From: Candidatus Uhrbacteria bacterium
GTDB taxonomy: Bacteria; Patescibacteriota; Patescibacteriia; JACRJV01
NCBI GenBank assembly: GCA_016215325.1
Contig: JACRJV010000027.1
Location: 16,090 to 80,089, forward strand
DNA length: 64,000 nt
Reading direction: 5' to 3'
Part shown: positions 17,306 to 26,025 of the stretch, one piece after another
How positions within the stretch are numbered: position 1 is the first letter of the stretch
Layout: every line of letters starts with the position of its first letter
The notes under the pieces: model-generated
What the model was told of the DNA's origin: nothing
The model's database searches: none
What the model saw: only the letters and a program-made list of their open reading frames with translations
Made by a program: the position numbers and the translations under genes

Positions 17306-20300
17306 ATGTCCCAAGAGAGCCAAAAGTACAATCATGGAGAAATAGAGGAAAAGTGGCAGAAGCAATGGGTCGATCAGGGCATCTATCAACAGTACGATCG
17401 ACCGGAAAAGTTTTACGCGTTGGACATGTTCCCATACCCGTCCGGGGCGGGACTGCATGTCGGCCACCCCAAAGGCTATATTGCGACAGACGTGTTTACG
17501 CGCATGAAGATGCTCCAGGGCAAGAGCGTGTTGCACCCCATGGGGTGGGATGCTTTTGGATTGCCGGCCGAAAATTACGCGATTAAAAATAAGGTGCACC
17601 CCGCCAAGGCCGTTGCGGAGAACATCGTCGTGTTTAAACAGCAGCTCCAAAAAATCGGTTTTACGTATGATTGGGATCGCGAAGTGAATACCACTGATCC
17701 CGCGTATTATCGTTGGACGCAATGGATTTTTCTTAAGCTGTTTGAACACGGGCTTGCGTACGAAGCCGACGAACCCATCAACTGGTGCCCGTCGTGCAAG
17801 ACCGGGCTTGCCAATGAGGACCTGGAAGACGGCAAATGCGAACGGTGCAGCAGTGTCGTTGAGCAGAAGAAAATGCGGCAATGGAAATTGCGCATGACGG
17901 CGTATGCGGATCGGTTGCTCGAAGACTTAGACAAGACCAAGCTCCAGTGGGAAGAATCGATTAGAATCCAGCAACGCAATTGGATTGGCAGGAGTGAAGG
18001 GGCTATTGTAAAATTTTCAATTTCTCCGCCCAAGGCGGATCCGCCTCTGGCGGACAATTTCCAATTTCCAATTGACGTCTTCACCACCCGCATTGATACG
18101 ATTTTTTCTGGCACCTTTTTAGTGTTGGCTCCGGAGCATGAGTTCGTGGACGCAGTAAAGGAGCATATTCAGAATTGGAATGAAGTGGAAACATATCGTC
18201 AAACACTCCAAACCGTTTCTTTGATTGACCGCACTTCTGCAGGGCGAGAAATCACTGGTATTGAACTCAAAGGCATCACCGCGATCAATCCCGCGACCAA
18301 AGAATCGATGCCAGTCTGGATTGCCGATTTTGTATTGGCGCAATACGGTACGGGAGCTGTCTTTGCCGATGCGCACGATACTCGAGATTTTGCAATGGCA
18401 AAAAAATATCGTATTCCACTCAAGGTTTCTATCCAACCAGAGGATCCTGCATTGCTTGAGCAAGTGAAGGCCCTTGCTGTGTGTTATCCCGGCGAAGGAA
18501 AATTATTTAACTCCCAGCAGTTTGATGGAATGACTTCTGCTCAAGCGCGTCCAAAGATCGTTGAGTGGTTGTCGCAACAAGGGAGCGCGAAACCCACCGT
18601 CAACTACAAAATGCGCGACTGGGTGTTTAGCCGTCAACGGTATTGGGGCGAGCCGATCCCGCTCATTCATTGCGAACAATGCAAGAAGAAAAAATATCAA
18701 TATGTGTTTATCCATGGATTCACTGGGAGCTCTCAGGGTGTGTTTTTCCCGTGGCTTGCGCAAGAACTAAAACGTCAAGGACACACAGTGTTCTGCCCCG
18801 ATCTCCCCAACACCGAACATCCCAACATTCAAGAGCAAGTGGAATATATTTTGGACAATACCGCAATCAACGAAGACACGATCCTCGTCGGCCACAGTCT
18901 TGGGGGGGTTGTCATGATGAAATTATTAGAGCAGATCTCGGGCAGTGTCCGGCGCGCGGTATTTGTCGATCCGGTGGTATCCAAGACATTTAATGACCAT
19001 GCTCGGCCAGACGTGGAAAAGAGTAATGATTGGAAATTTGATTATGCAAAAATAAAATCAAACATTCGAGAAGTTGTTGTGTTGGCAGACGCTCGGCATC
19101 CTATTATTCGCGTCGAGGATATTGAGAAATTGCGAACAGTCTTGAATGCAAACCAGACGATCACCGTGCATCCGGAAGCAGACCATTTTACCGCCTCTCA
19201 AGAACCGGAAATTTTGCGGGCGATTGACAGCATCGGCACCATTGCGTTGTCGGAAGACGAGTTGCCGCTGAAATTGCCTGAGGTCGAGAAGTATGAACCC
19301 ACCGGCACGGGCGAATCACCGCTAGCGGGTATCCCTGAATGGGTGAATACAACGTGCCCGCAGTGCGGTGGGGCAGCCCGGCGCGAGACCAATACGATGC
19401 CGCAATGGGCAGGATCCAGTTGGTACTACCTCCGGTATATTGATCCGCGTAATGGTGCCGCACTGGTTGATTTGAACAAAGAAAAAGAATGGATGCCCGT
19501 CGATCTCTATGTCGGTGGCGCAGAGCATGCCACGCGACATTTGCTGTATGCGCGGTTTTGGCATAAGTTCTTGTATGATATTGGCTCGGTATCGACTATC
19601 GAACCCTTCAAGCGATTGATCAATGTCGGCCTTATCCTTGCCGAGGATGGCCGTAAGATGAGCAAGCGGTGGAGCAACGTCATTAATCCGGACGATATTA
19701 TCGAACACTACGGCGCAGACAGCTTGCGCTTGTACGAAATGTTCATGGGGCCGTTTACGCAAAGTATCGCGTGGAGCACCGATGGCGTTAAAGGTGTGCG
19801 GCGATTTTTGGATCGTGTCTGGAATTTGAAAGAGCGAACTCTGAACCCTAAACTCTCTACCCTGAACCCTAATATCGATCGCCTCCTCCACCAAACCATT
19901 AAAAAAGTCACGGACGACATCGAGGGTTTTAGATTTAATACCGCCGTATCTCAAATGATGATTTTAGTCAACGCAATGGAAAAAGCCGATTCTCTGCCCC
20001 TATCTCAATTCTCTATCTTGCTATTGTTGCTCAGCCCGTTCGCTCCGCACATGGCCGAAGAGTTGTGGCACCAGCTGGGAAACTCGGAATCGATTTTCGA
20101 AGCGCAGTGGCCACAGTACGATCCATCGCTTGCCAAAGAAAGCGAAGTGGAATTTGTGGTGCAGGTCAATGGCAAGGTGCGCGATCGGTTCGCGATTCCC
20201 GTGGGACTGCCAGAAGTCCAAGTCATTGCGCAATCGTTAGAACGCGATGCGGTCAGGGGGTGGCTGGAAGGCAAGCAAATCCGCAAGAAAATTTTTGTGC

Positions 20301-20332
20301 AGGATACGTTATTGAATATCGTCGTCTCATAA
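17306..20332 (+). CDS. leuS: leucine--tRNA ligase with inserted alpha/beta hydrolase domain
   Basis: MFPYPSG, HVGH, GWDAFGLPAEN, SRQRYWGEPIP, KMSKR; insert of about 175 aa with GHSLGG. Confidence 0.96.
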   Translation: MSQESQKYNHGEIEEKWQKQWVDQGIYQQYDRPEKFYALDMFPYPSGAGLHVGHPKGYIATDVFTRMKMLQGKSVLHPMGWDAFGLPAENYAIKNKVHPAKAVAENIVVFKQQLQKIGFTYDWDREVNTTDPAYYRWTQWIFLKLFEHGLAYEADEPINWCPSCKTGLANEDLEDGKCERCSSVVEQKKMRQWKLRMTAYADRLLEDLDKTKLQWEESIRIQQRNWIGRSEGAIVKFSISPPKADPPLADNFQFPIDVFTTRIDTIFSGTFLVLAPEHEFVDAVKEHIQNWNEVETYRQTLQTVSLIDRTSAGREITGIELKGITAINPATKESMPVWIADFVLAQYGTGAVFADAHDTRDFAMAKKYRIPLKVSIQPEDPALLEQVKALAVCYPGEGKLFNSQQFDGMTSAQARPKIVEWLSQQGSAKPTVNYKMRDWVFSRQRYWGEPIPLIHCEQCKKKKYQYVFIHGFTGSSQGVFFPWLAQELKRQGHTVFCPDLPNTEHPNIQEQVEYILDNTAINEDTILVGHSLGGVVMMKLLEQISGSVRRAVFVDPVVSKTFNDHARPDVEKSNDWKFDYAKIKSNIREVVVLADARHPIIRVEDIEKLRTVLNANQTITVHPEADHFTASQEPEILRAIDSIGTIALSEDELPLKLPEVEKYEPTGTGESPLAGIPEWVNTTCPQCGGAARRETNTMPQWAGSSWYYLRYIDPRNGAALVDLNKEKEWMPVDLYVGGAEHATRHLLYARFWHKFLYDIGSVSTIEPFKRLINVGLILAEDGRKMSKRWSNVINPDDIIEHYGADSLRLYEMFMGPFTQSIAWSTDGVKGVRRFLDRVWNLKERTLNPKLSTLNPNIDRLLHQTIKKVTDDIEGFRFNTAVSQMMILVNAMEKADSLPLSQFSILLLLLSPFAPHMAEELWHQLGNSESIFEAQWPQYDPSLAKESEVEFVVQVNGKVRDRFAIPVGLPEVQVIAQSLERDAVRGWLEGKQIRKKIFVQDTLLNIVVS

Positions 20333-20369
20333 GGCGCTGCAAACGTTCTGTTGGTTTTAGCGAGGATCC

Positions 20370-20400
20370 AAAAACACCGCTATCATCAGCGGTGTTTTTT
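20370..20400 (+). terminator. intrinsic terminator after leuS
   Basis: AAAAACACCGCT-ATCATC-AGCGGTGTTTTTT. Confidence 0.8.
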
Positions 20401-20416
20401 GGTATTAATTGAGGAT

Positions 20417-20445
20417 TTGACGGAAACGGTGCGGGCCAGTAGGAT
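20417..20445 (+). promoter_or_regulatory. sigma70-like promoter
   Basis: TTGACG-17-TAGGAT. Confidence 0.6.
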
Positions 20446-20499
20446 CCCCGATAGTAGCTTCATACAAGAAGGAACCACGACATGGGAGGAGGTGACCTC

Positions 20500-20718
20500 A
20501 TGAAATTCCTTCTCACGGCCGTGTTATTCGGTGCCCTGTGTGCCGCGCTTTTTGCGCTGGGCACATGGCTGGCGTTTTGCGACCGGCTGGGCCGACTGGG
20601 GGCGTGGGTCCGCGACTTCCCCCTCAATGTCTTCCTGGCATTGGCGTGGATCGCGGTCCTGCCGGTGCGAGCGTTGCGCTATGTGATGGCGCTGGCTCGT
20701 GACGGGATTGAGTGGTAA
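20500..20718 (+). CDS. small two-TM hypothetical protein
   Basis: AGGAGGTG SD before ATG; two hydrophobic segments. Confidence 0.65.
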   Translation: MKFLLTAVLFGALCAALFALGTWLAFCDRLGRLGAWVRDFPLNVFLALAWIAVLPVRALRYVMALARDGIEW

Positions 20719-20796
20719 CTTCAACTTGCACGCAGAGTGGCTCCACTGGCCCTCACGAGGGATGCGCGCATCGACGATAAGGATGAGGAGGAACGG

Positions 20797-21126
20797 ATGA
20801 AAAGACCGCAAACGGAACGCCGTGTCCGCAGCGATGGACGCGACGTGATCATATGTGTGGATTCGGACCCGCGGCGGCGGGGCCGAATGGGCGCGATCCT
20901 GGAGAAGGATTCGCGAAGCTCCGATCACCGCGAGGTGATCGGGATCCAATCGCTGGAGCCGGGGTTGCTGGAGAGCGAGCGGCTTCGGGCGCTGATCTTC
21001 AACATCATTTTCGCGGCCGGCACAGGGGTTCCCTCCCTCTGTTCCGGCCGCTGCTTATTTTTGGGGATTAATGAGGACCGAATCGTTCGAGTCATCCTGA
21101 GCCCAAGCCAAGGATCTTACCGTTGA
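20797..21126 (+). pseudogene. truncated receiver-like ORF running into a repeated hairpin
   Basis: SD AGGAGG; VIICVDSDPRRRGRM resembles the REC N-terminus and the 21798 paralog; similarity is lost at the 39-bp repeat at 21013. Confidence 0.5.
21013..21051 (+). repeat. 39-bp hairpin repeat, copy 1 (identical copy at 22284-22322)
   Basis: GCGGCCGGCACAGGGGTTCCCTCCCTCTGTTCCGGCCGC. Confidence 0.9.
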
Positions 21127-21189
21127 GGATTCCCCGCCTCGGGCGGGATCCCGCTGCGGCGGGACTTCGGCTCATGGCCTCAGAATGAC
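21091..21189. repeat. GTCAT...ATGAC miniature palindromic element with nested double palindrome
   Basis: GTCATCCTGAG...CTCAGAATGAC ends; internal CCCGCCTCGGGCGGGATCCCGCTGCGGCGGGA. Confidence 0.7.
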
Positions 21190-21250
21190 GACTTTTTCAC
21201 AGCAAACGCGTACGTCCGGCGCAATAGCGTGTCGGCAGTTTTTTGTTTGT

Positions 21251-21281
21251 TTGACAAGGGGGGGGTGCAGTTTGCTAGCAT
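21251..21281 (+). promoter_or_regulatory. sigma70-like promoter with G8 tract in the spacer
   Basis: TTGACA-19-TAGCAT. Confidence 0.55.
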
Positions 21282-21317
21282 AGGGCGACCATCAACATCG
21301 TGGAGAGGAGGACTACT

Positions 21318-21701
21318 TTGAAAATTGCGTGCGTGGGCTTCAAGGCCGAATTCGTCGTGCGCTTGCGCGACCATGGACTCAACGAGGAATTCCAGGATCC
21401 AGGGATCGTCTACGATTATGTCGACGATTCGACCACCGCGGCGCATCGAGGGACGCTGGAAGGGGCCGACCTGGTGCTTGCCACGTCCGGCAGCGCCATC
21501 AGTTTGATTGCCGATGCCAAACGGCATCGTGTGGCTGATCGCCTGGTGGTGATTACCAAGGACACCGCTGATCCCAATGCGCAGTTCGTGGTAGAGACTA
21601 CGGGCGGAACGACCTTTGTCTGGACGGACAAGGTCACCCACCCGCGCGATCTGGCCAAGCATGCGCGGATCCATCTGGAGAAGATTCGCCGCAACGGCTG
21701 A
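21318..21701 (+). CDS. hypothetical protein, degenerate receiver-like (alpha/beta)5 fold
   Basis: SD AGGAGG + TTG; strands KIACVG, DLVLAT, RLVVIT, FVWTDK, then C-terminal helix. Confidence 0.6.
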   Translation: MKIACVGFKAEFVVRLRDHGLNEEFQDPGIVYDYVDDSTTAAHRGTLEGADLVLATSGSAISLIADAKRHRVADRLVVITKDTADPNAQFVVETTGGTTFVWTDKVTHPRDLAKHARIHLEKIRRNG

Positions 21702-21797
21702 CAACCATCACCAGCGCGCAGAGGCTTTGCGTTCCGTCAGACGATGGGGCGGATGCTTCGCGAGGGATGCGTGCTTCTACCGAAATAGGAGGCAATC

Positions 21798-22265
21798 ATG
21801 CCGAGACCCCCTAAGGGTTGTAAGCAGGACCACTCGAGCGGCTGGTGGCTGCTCAACTTTGACAGCGATCCCGTCTTCCGGGGTCGCATTGACACGTTCG
21901 GCCACCTGGCGATGGGTGGCATGGACTACAACCGCAAGGATTCCGCTGACGTGGCGTTGGCGATCGCTGATGGTCGCCTCAAGAGCGCAACGCTCTGCTT
22001 CATTCCGGTGGAGCTTGGCGAAGCGGACTTGGGGCGCCTGCTGGCCGAGGCCAAGGTGCAGGGCTCCGCCAACCGCTGCGTGATCACCTACTTCGCGGCG
22101 GACCGCGACAAGGAGCACGCCGAATTCTGGGCCGGCAAGTTCGGTTCCGTCGCGCTTCACAAGAACATGGAGTCGACCGAGCCCAGCGCTGAAGCCTTCT
22201 TCAAGGCCGCCAGCAAGCAGCGCGAGAAGGCTGCCCTCCAGGGCGGCATGGGCTGCACGATCTGA
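21798..22265 (+). CDS. hypothetical protein, pseudo-receiver domain
   Basis: SD AGGAGG; LLNFDSDPVFRGRI, LCFIPVELGEADLGRLLAE, VALHKN. Confidence 0.65.
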   Translation: MPRPPKGCKQDHSSGWWLLNFDSDPVFRGRIDTFGHLAMGGMDYNRKDSADVALAIADGRLKSATLCFIPVELGEADLGRLLAEAKVQGSANRCVITYFAADRDKEHAEFWAGKFGSVALHKNMESTEPSAEAFFKAASKQREKAALQGGMGCTI

Positions 22266-22283
22266 TTCCTCGGTTCACATTCA

Positions 22284-22322
22284 GCGGCCGGCACAGGGGT
22301 TCCCTCCCTCTGTTCCGGCCGC
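22284..22322 (+). repeat. 39-bp hairpin repeat, copy 2
   Basis: Identical to 21013-21051; followed by a T-rich tract. Confidence 0.9.
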
Positions 22323-22444
22323 ATCTCTTTTATTGCGAGATAGATCGAGATAACGATACGAAGATATGAAGAATTTTCGATCGCAAATTTCCAATAAATT
22401 TTTTTGCCCCTTCGTATCCTCATCTCTTTATATCTCATTTCGGA

Positions 22445-22473
22445 TTGACACCCTCCTTGGCCTGCGATAGCAT
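22445..22473 (+). promoter_or_regulatory. sigma70-like promoter
   Basis: TTGACA-17-TAGCAT. Confidence 0.65.
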
Positions 22474-22566
22474 GGGGCCACGTTTCACATTCACAGAATT
22501 CCGGCGGGAGGGCGCTGGGATTCTCAAAACATCGGCCCGTTGTCCATCGGACCGAAAGGAGGCCAC

Positions 22567-22989
22567 TTGGCCGCTCGACGAGTACTCGCGGTCGGGAGCG
22601 AAGCGCTCCTCGACTGGTGCCGGCAACACGTCGGCAAAATCGTAGTAGAGCCGGGGCTCTACAGCGTGTTGGAGCCCGAGACTGTTCTTCGGAAGGGGTT
22701 GCTGGCAGGACTCGTCCTCGGATTCGTCGAGGCCGCACTCGAAGGCGCCGAGGACTTGCTTTCGGCCGCACGTCGGACTGGTTGCCACAAGGTTCTGATC
22801 TTCGTCCACAGCGGGAGCCAAGGTCAGCACGACGCAGAGCAGCTAGCAGGCCTGGCGGGCAGCGTCCACATCGACCTGGGGGCAGACCCCGACCATGCGG
22901 TCGAAGAGATCAACGAGCATCTCCAACGGCTCGTTCACCCGGAACCGGTCAGACGTGTCCCGGCGTCCGAGCGTCAGGGGGTGAATTGA
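22567..22989 (+). CDS. hypothetical protein, degenerate receiver-like fold
   Basis: SD AAGGAGG + TTG; RRVLAVG, AGLVLG, KVLIFVH, HIDLG, EEINEHLQRL. Confidence 0.6.
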   Translation: MAARRVLAVGSEALLDWCRQHVGKIVVEPGLYSVLEPETVLRKGLLAGLVLGFVEAALEGAEDLLSAARRTGCHKVLIFVHSGSQGQHDAEQLAGLAGSVHIDLGADPDHAVEEINEHLQRLVHPEPVRRVPASERQGVN

Positions 22990-22993
22990 CCTT

Positions 22994-23040
22994 GCGGTCC
23001 GCGTAAGAGCCCTCCCTCTTGCCCGGACCGCGTTTCTTTT
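22994..23040 (+). terminator. hairpin with CCCTCC loop plus T tract
   Basis: GCGGTCCG..AAGAG-CCCTCC-CTCTT..CGGACCGC then GTTTCTTTT. Confidence 0.65.
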
Positions 23041-23062
23041 ATAGGGCAGACGAGCAGATAAG

Positions 23063-23082
23063 CCTGCCTGCCGGTAGGCAGG
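23063..23082. repeat. 20-bp CCTGCC...GGCAGG palindrome family (also 13281, 23311, 23449, 23574, 36188)
   Basis: CCTGCCTGCCGGTAGGCAGG is the exact reverse complement of 36188-36207. Confidence 0.85.
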
Positions 23083-23152
23083 GAGGTAAAGAGACAAAGA
23101 TATACGGGCGGATAATTGGATAAAGTATTGCGGTATGGTAGGGTGATGGTGT

Positions 23153-24256
23153 ATGGATTGGGATCAATTTGTTCAACGGCATGCCGGCGATGGAGGGCTG
23201 TTGCAGTCCAGTAGCTGGGCCAAGTTTCAGCGTGGGCTGGGAAGAACGGTAGATGCTATTGTCATTCCCGCGAAGGCGGGAATCCAGAAAATAAAAACTG
23301 ATCGTGGATCCCTGCCTATCGGGCGGGCAGGCCCGATCTCGGTCGGGGATGACACCGCAATGGTTGCGTTAATCATTGAACATAGATTCCCGTTTGGTCA
23401 GTCGTATGTGTATTCGCCGAGGGGGCCGGTCACAAAATTTCCAATTTCCCTGCCTTGCTGGCAGGCAGGCAATTTCCAATTTTCAATGAACGGTATTGTT
23501 AGTGAAATCCGCAAGAAATTCCCAAAGGCAATTTATTGGAGAGTAGAGCCACCATACGAAAATTTTCAATTTCCCTGCCTTGCCGGCAGGCAGGCAATTT
23601 CCAATTTCCAATTAAGGAGTGCTCCGCACAATGTGCAGCCAGCGACGACGCTCATTATCGATCTTTCAACATCCGAAGAAGAACTCTTGGCGCAGATGAA
23701 ACAGAAGACGCGATACAACATTAAGATTTCACAACGACATGGGGTGCGAGTTTCAGTAAACAGTGAACAAGAAACAGTAAACAACTTTCTGGATTTGTTG
23801 GAAGAAACGGCCAAACGCGATGGGTTCCGTGTTCATCCGCGGGGGTATTATCAGAAATTTCTCACCCTCACCCCAACCCTCTCCCAGGGGGAGAGGGGGT
23901 TGAGCATCGAACTCTTCGGCGCTTTCCACGGCGATCAGCTCCTCGCCGGTGCCATTGTCGCGTTCTACGGCAAGTGGGCGTATTACTTGCACGGAGCTTC
24001 GTCATCCGGGCGTCGCGACTTGATGGCTCCGTATTTCTTGCATTGGGAAATTATGCGGGAAGCCAAACGGCGTGGGTGCACGAAGTATGATTTTTGGGGG
24101 GCAGGGGATGAATGGCCGGGCGTTTCCAAATTTAAAACCGGCTTTGCGCCGGCAACTGCGTTGACTCACTATCCTGGAACGTTTGATATTGTCCTTGACC
24201 GGAAAAAATATTTCGTGTATCGTGCGTTTCAAACGATTCGACGCCTCGGGTCGTAG
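23153..24256 (+). CDS. FemAB/FemX-family peptidoglycan bridge aminoacyltransferase with several in-frame repeat insertions
   Basis: LLQSSSW, YSPRGP, MKQKTRYNI, YLHGASS, YDFWG, GVSKFKTGF. Confidence 0.9.
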   Translation: MDWDQFVQRHAGDGGLLQSSSWAKFQRGLGRTVDAIVIPAKAGIQKIKTDRGSLPIGRAGPISVGDDTAMVALIIEHRFPFGQSYVYSPRGPVTKFPISLPCWQAGNFQFSMNGIVSEIRKKFPKAIYWRVEPPYENFQFPCLAGRQAISNFQLRSAPHNVQPATTLIIDLSTSEEELLAQMKQKTRYNIKISQRHGVRVSVNSEQETVNNFLDLLEETAKRDGFRVHPRGYYQKFLTLTPTLSQGERGLSIELFGAFHGDQLLAGAIVAFYGKWAYYLHGASSSGRRDLMAPYFLHWEIMREAKRRGCTKYDFWGAGDEWPGVSKFKTGFAPATALTHYPGTFDIVLDRKKYFVYRAFQTIRRLGS

Positions 24257-24281
24257 AGTCTCCAGGAGGTGGAGAGTGATC

Positions 24282-24479
24282 ATGACCAAGCTCCGTCTGG
24301 TACCCAGCGGAGCGAAATTCAAGCTCAAGGATCGGCCGGAAATCTACACCAAGCTCCCCGAACCCGTTCAGCGCCAAGGGGAGTGGTGGGTGGCAGTCCG
24401 CACTGACGGGCTCTACTCCTTTTCAAGAGGACACCACGACGACAAGAAAGTCATCATGGTGTCAGTGCCCGAACGGTAA
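24282..24479 (+). CDS. small hypothetical protein
   Basis: AGGAGGTGGAG upstream; followed by hairpin at about 24499-24533 and a T tract. Confidence 0.55.
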   Translation: MTKLRLVPSGAKFKLKDRPEIYTKLPEPVQRQGEWWVAVRTDGLYSFSRGHHDDKKVIMVSVPER

Positions 24480-24558
24480 TGGCGCTATTCTACTCCCAGC
24501 CCTCTCCGGCGCTTCGCGCGTTCGGAGAGGGCTTCTTTCTATTGTTCATGAAAAAATA

Positions 24559-25635
24559 TTAACTGCTGAGCGGGGCAGGATTCGTACTTTTCTCCGTTTC
24601 TTGCAGCGCCTTGGAAATTCCCTCAATATCTCCATCCAGAATCGAGGGGAGCTGGTGCCAGCTTTGCCCAATGCGGTGGTCGGTGACCCGATCTTGCGGG
24701 AAGTTATACGTGCGGATCTTTTCGCTGCGATCGCCGCTGCCGATCTGGGATTTGCGGGCGGCGCTGTCGGCTTGCCGGCGCTTTTCTTGCTCAAGGGCAA
24801 ATAACCGCGTCCGCAGCACTTCCATGGCTTTTCCCCGATTTTGGAGCTGACTGCGTTCGTCTTGGCAACTCACAAAAATTCCCGTGGGCAAGTGTGTTAA
24901 ACGGATTGCGGAGTATGTCGTGTTCACACTCTGCCCCCCATGGCCGGATGATGTCGAGGTTTCGATTTTTAAATCTTTGGGGTCAATCATAATGTCGAGC
25001 TCCTCGGCCTCGGGCATGACCGCGACGGTCACCGTAGAGGTGTGCACGCGGCCGTTTTTCTCGGTCTCGGGCACGCGTTGCACGCGGTGGACTCCGGCTT
25101 CGAACTTGAGCCACTTCCAAACATTTCCCCCCTCAATCTTGATCACCACCTCTTTGTAGCCGCCAATGCCGATACGATTGGTAGAAAGGATGATTGTTTT
25201 CCAGCCCATCCGCTCCGCAAAGCGCGTGTACATGCGGTAGAGCTCTGCGCTGAAGAGCGCCGATTCATCGCCCCCGGCGCCAGCCCTGATTTCCATGATA
25301 ATATTGCGGCGGTCTAATGGGTCTGGGGGATTTAAGAGTTCATCCAGTTGCTGTTCAAGTTTGTTGCGTTCGTCCTCAAGGCCGGGGAGTTCTTGGTTGG
25401 CGAGCCCCGCGAGTTCGCTCGTGGAATCCTCCGCAATCAATGTTTTATGTTCTTTCAGTTCGTTCTCGATGCGTTCGAGCTCGGTGAGCAATTCATGTTG
25501 CTGCGAAATTTCGCGGAATTGTTTTGAAGTGGTTTTGAGTTTTTGAGCATCACTCAATACCGCCTCGCTGGAAAGTTCAGTTTGCAGGCGTTGATGGGTT
25601 TGGCGGATGTTTTGGCGCTGAGTTGGAGTGATCAT
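24559..25635 (-). CDS. prfA: peptide chain release factor 1
   Basis: [33 protein letters not shown]. Confidence 0.96.
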   Translation of the reverse strand: MITPTQRQNIRQTHQRLQTELSSEAVLSDAQKLKTTSKQFREISQQHELLTELERIENELKEHKTLIAEDSTSELAGLANQELPGLEDERNKLEQQLDELLNPPDPLDRRNIIMEIRAGAGGDESALFSAELYRMYTRFAERMGWKTIILSTNRIGIGGYKEVVIKIEGGNVWKWLKFEAGVHRVQRVPETEKNGRVHTSTVTVAVMPEAEELDIMIDPKDLKIETSTSSGHGGQSVNTTYSAIRLTHLPTGIFVSCQDERSQLQNRGKAMEVLRTRLFALEQEKRRQADSAARKSQIGSGDRSEKIRTYNFPQDRVTDHRIGQSWHQLPSILDGDIEGISKALQETEKSTNPAPLSS

Positions 25636-25701
25636 AGTGAGAGTATATCGGCGTTTTTGTTGAGCGTCAAAAAACTCCCCCAAGTGGGGGAGTTTTGAGT
25701 C

Positions 25702-26025
25702 TCAGTTTTGGGGTTGCTCAATCTTTGGTTCTGCCGTCTCCTTTTCTTTTGCCGCTTCTTTGCGCTTAAGGGTCCGGGCTGCTTGTTTGGCGCGCTTGCC
25801 TTTGCGTGTGCTAGCCACTTCGGCTTTCTGGGTCATGCGTTTTTGATATTTATCAACGCGTCGGGCGGTGTCGAGGATGCGTTGCGTACCCGTGTAATAC
25901 GGGTGGCATTTGGCGCAGACTTCGATGTGGATTTCGGGGATGGTGGAACCAACCTCCAGACGATTACCGCAGGAGCAGACGATCACGGCGTTGGTATGAT
26001 ACTTTGGGTGGACGTCGGATTTCAT
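25702..26025 (-). CDS. rpmE: 50S ribosomal protein L31 with basic C-terminal extension
   Basis: MKSDVHPKY..CSCGN..CAKCHPYYTG..RVDKY. Confidence 0.93.
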   Translation of the reverse strand: MKSDVHPKYHTNAVIVCSCGNRLEVGSTIPEIHIEVCAKCHPYYTGTQRILDTARRVDKYQKRMTQKAEVASTRKGKRAKQAARTLKRKEAAKEKETAEPKIEQPQN

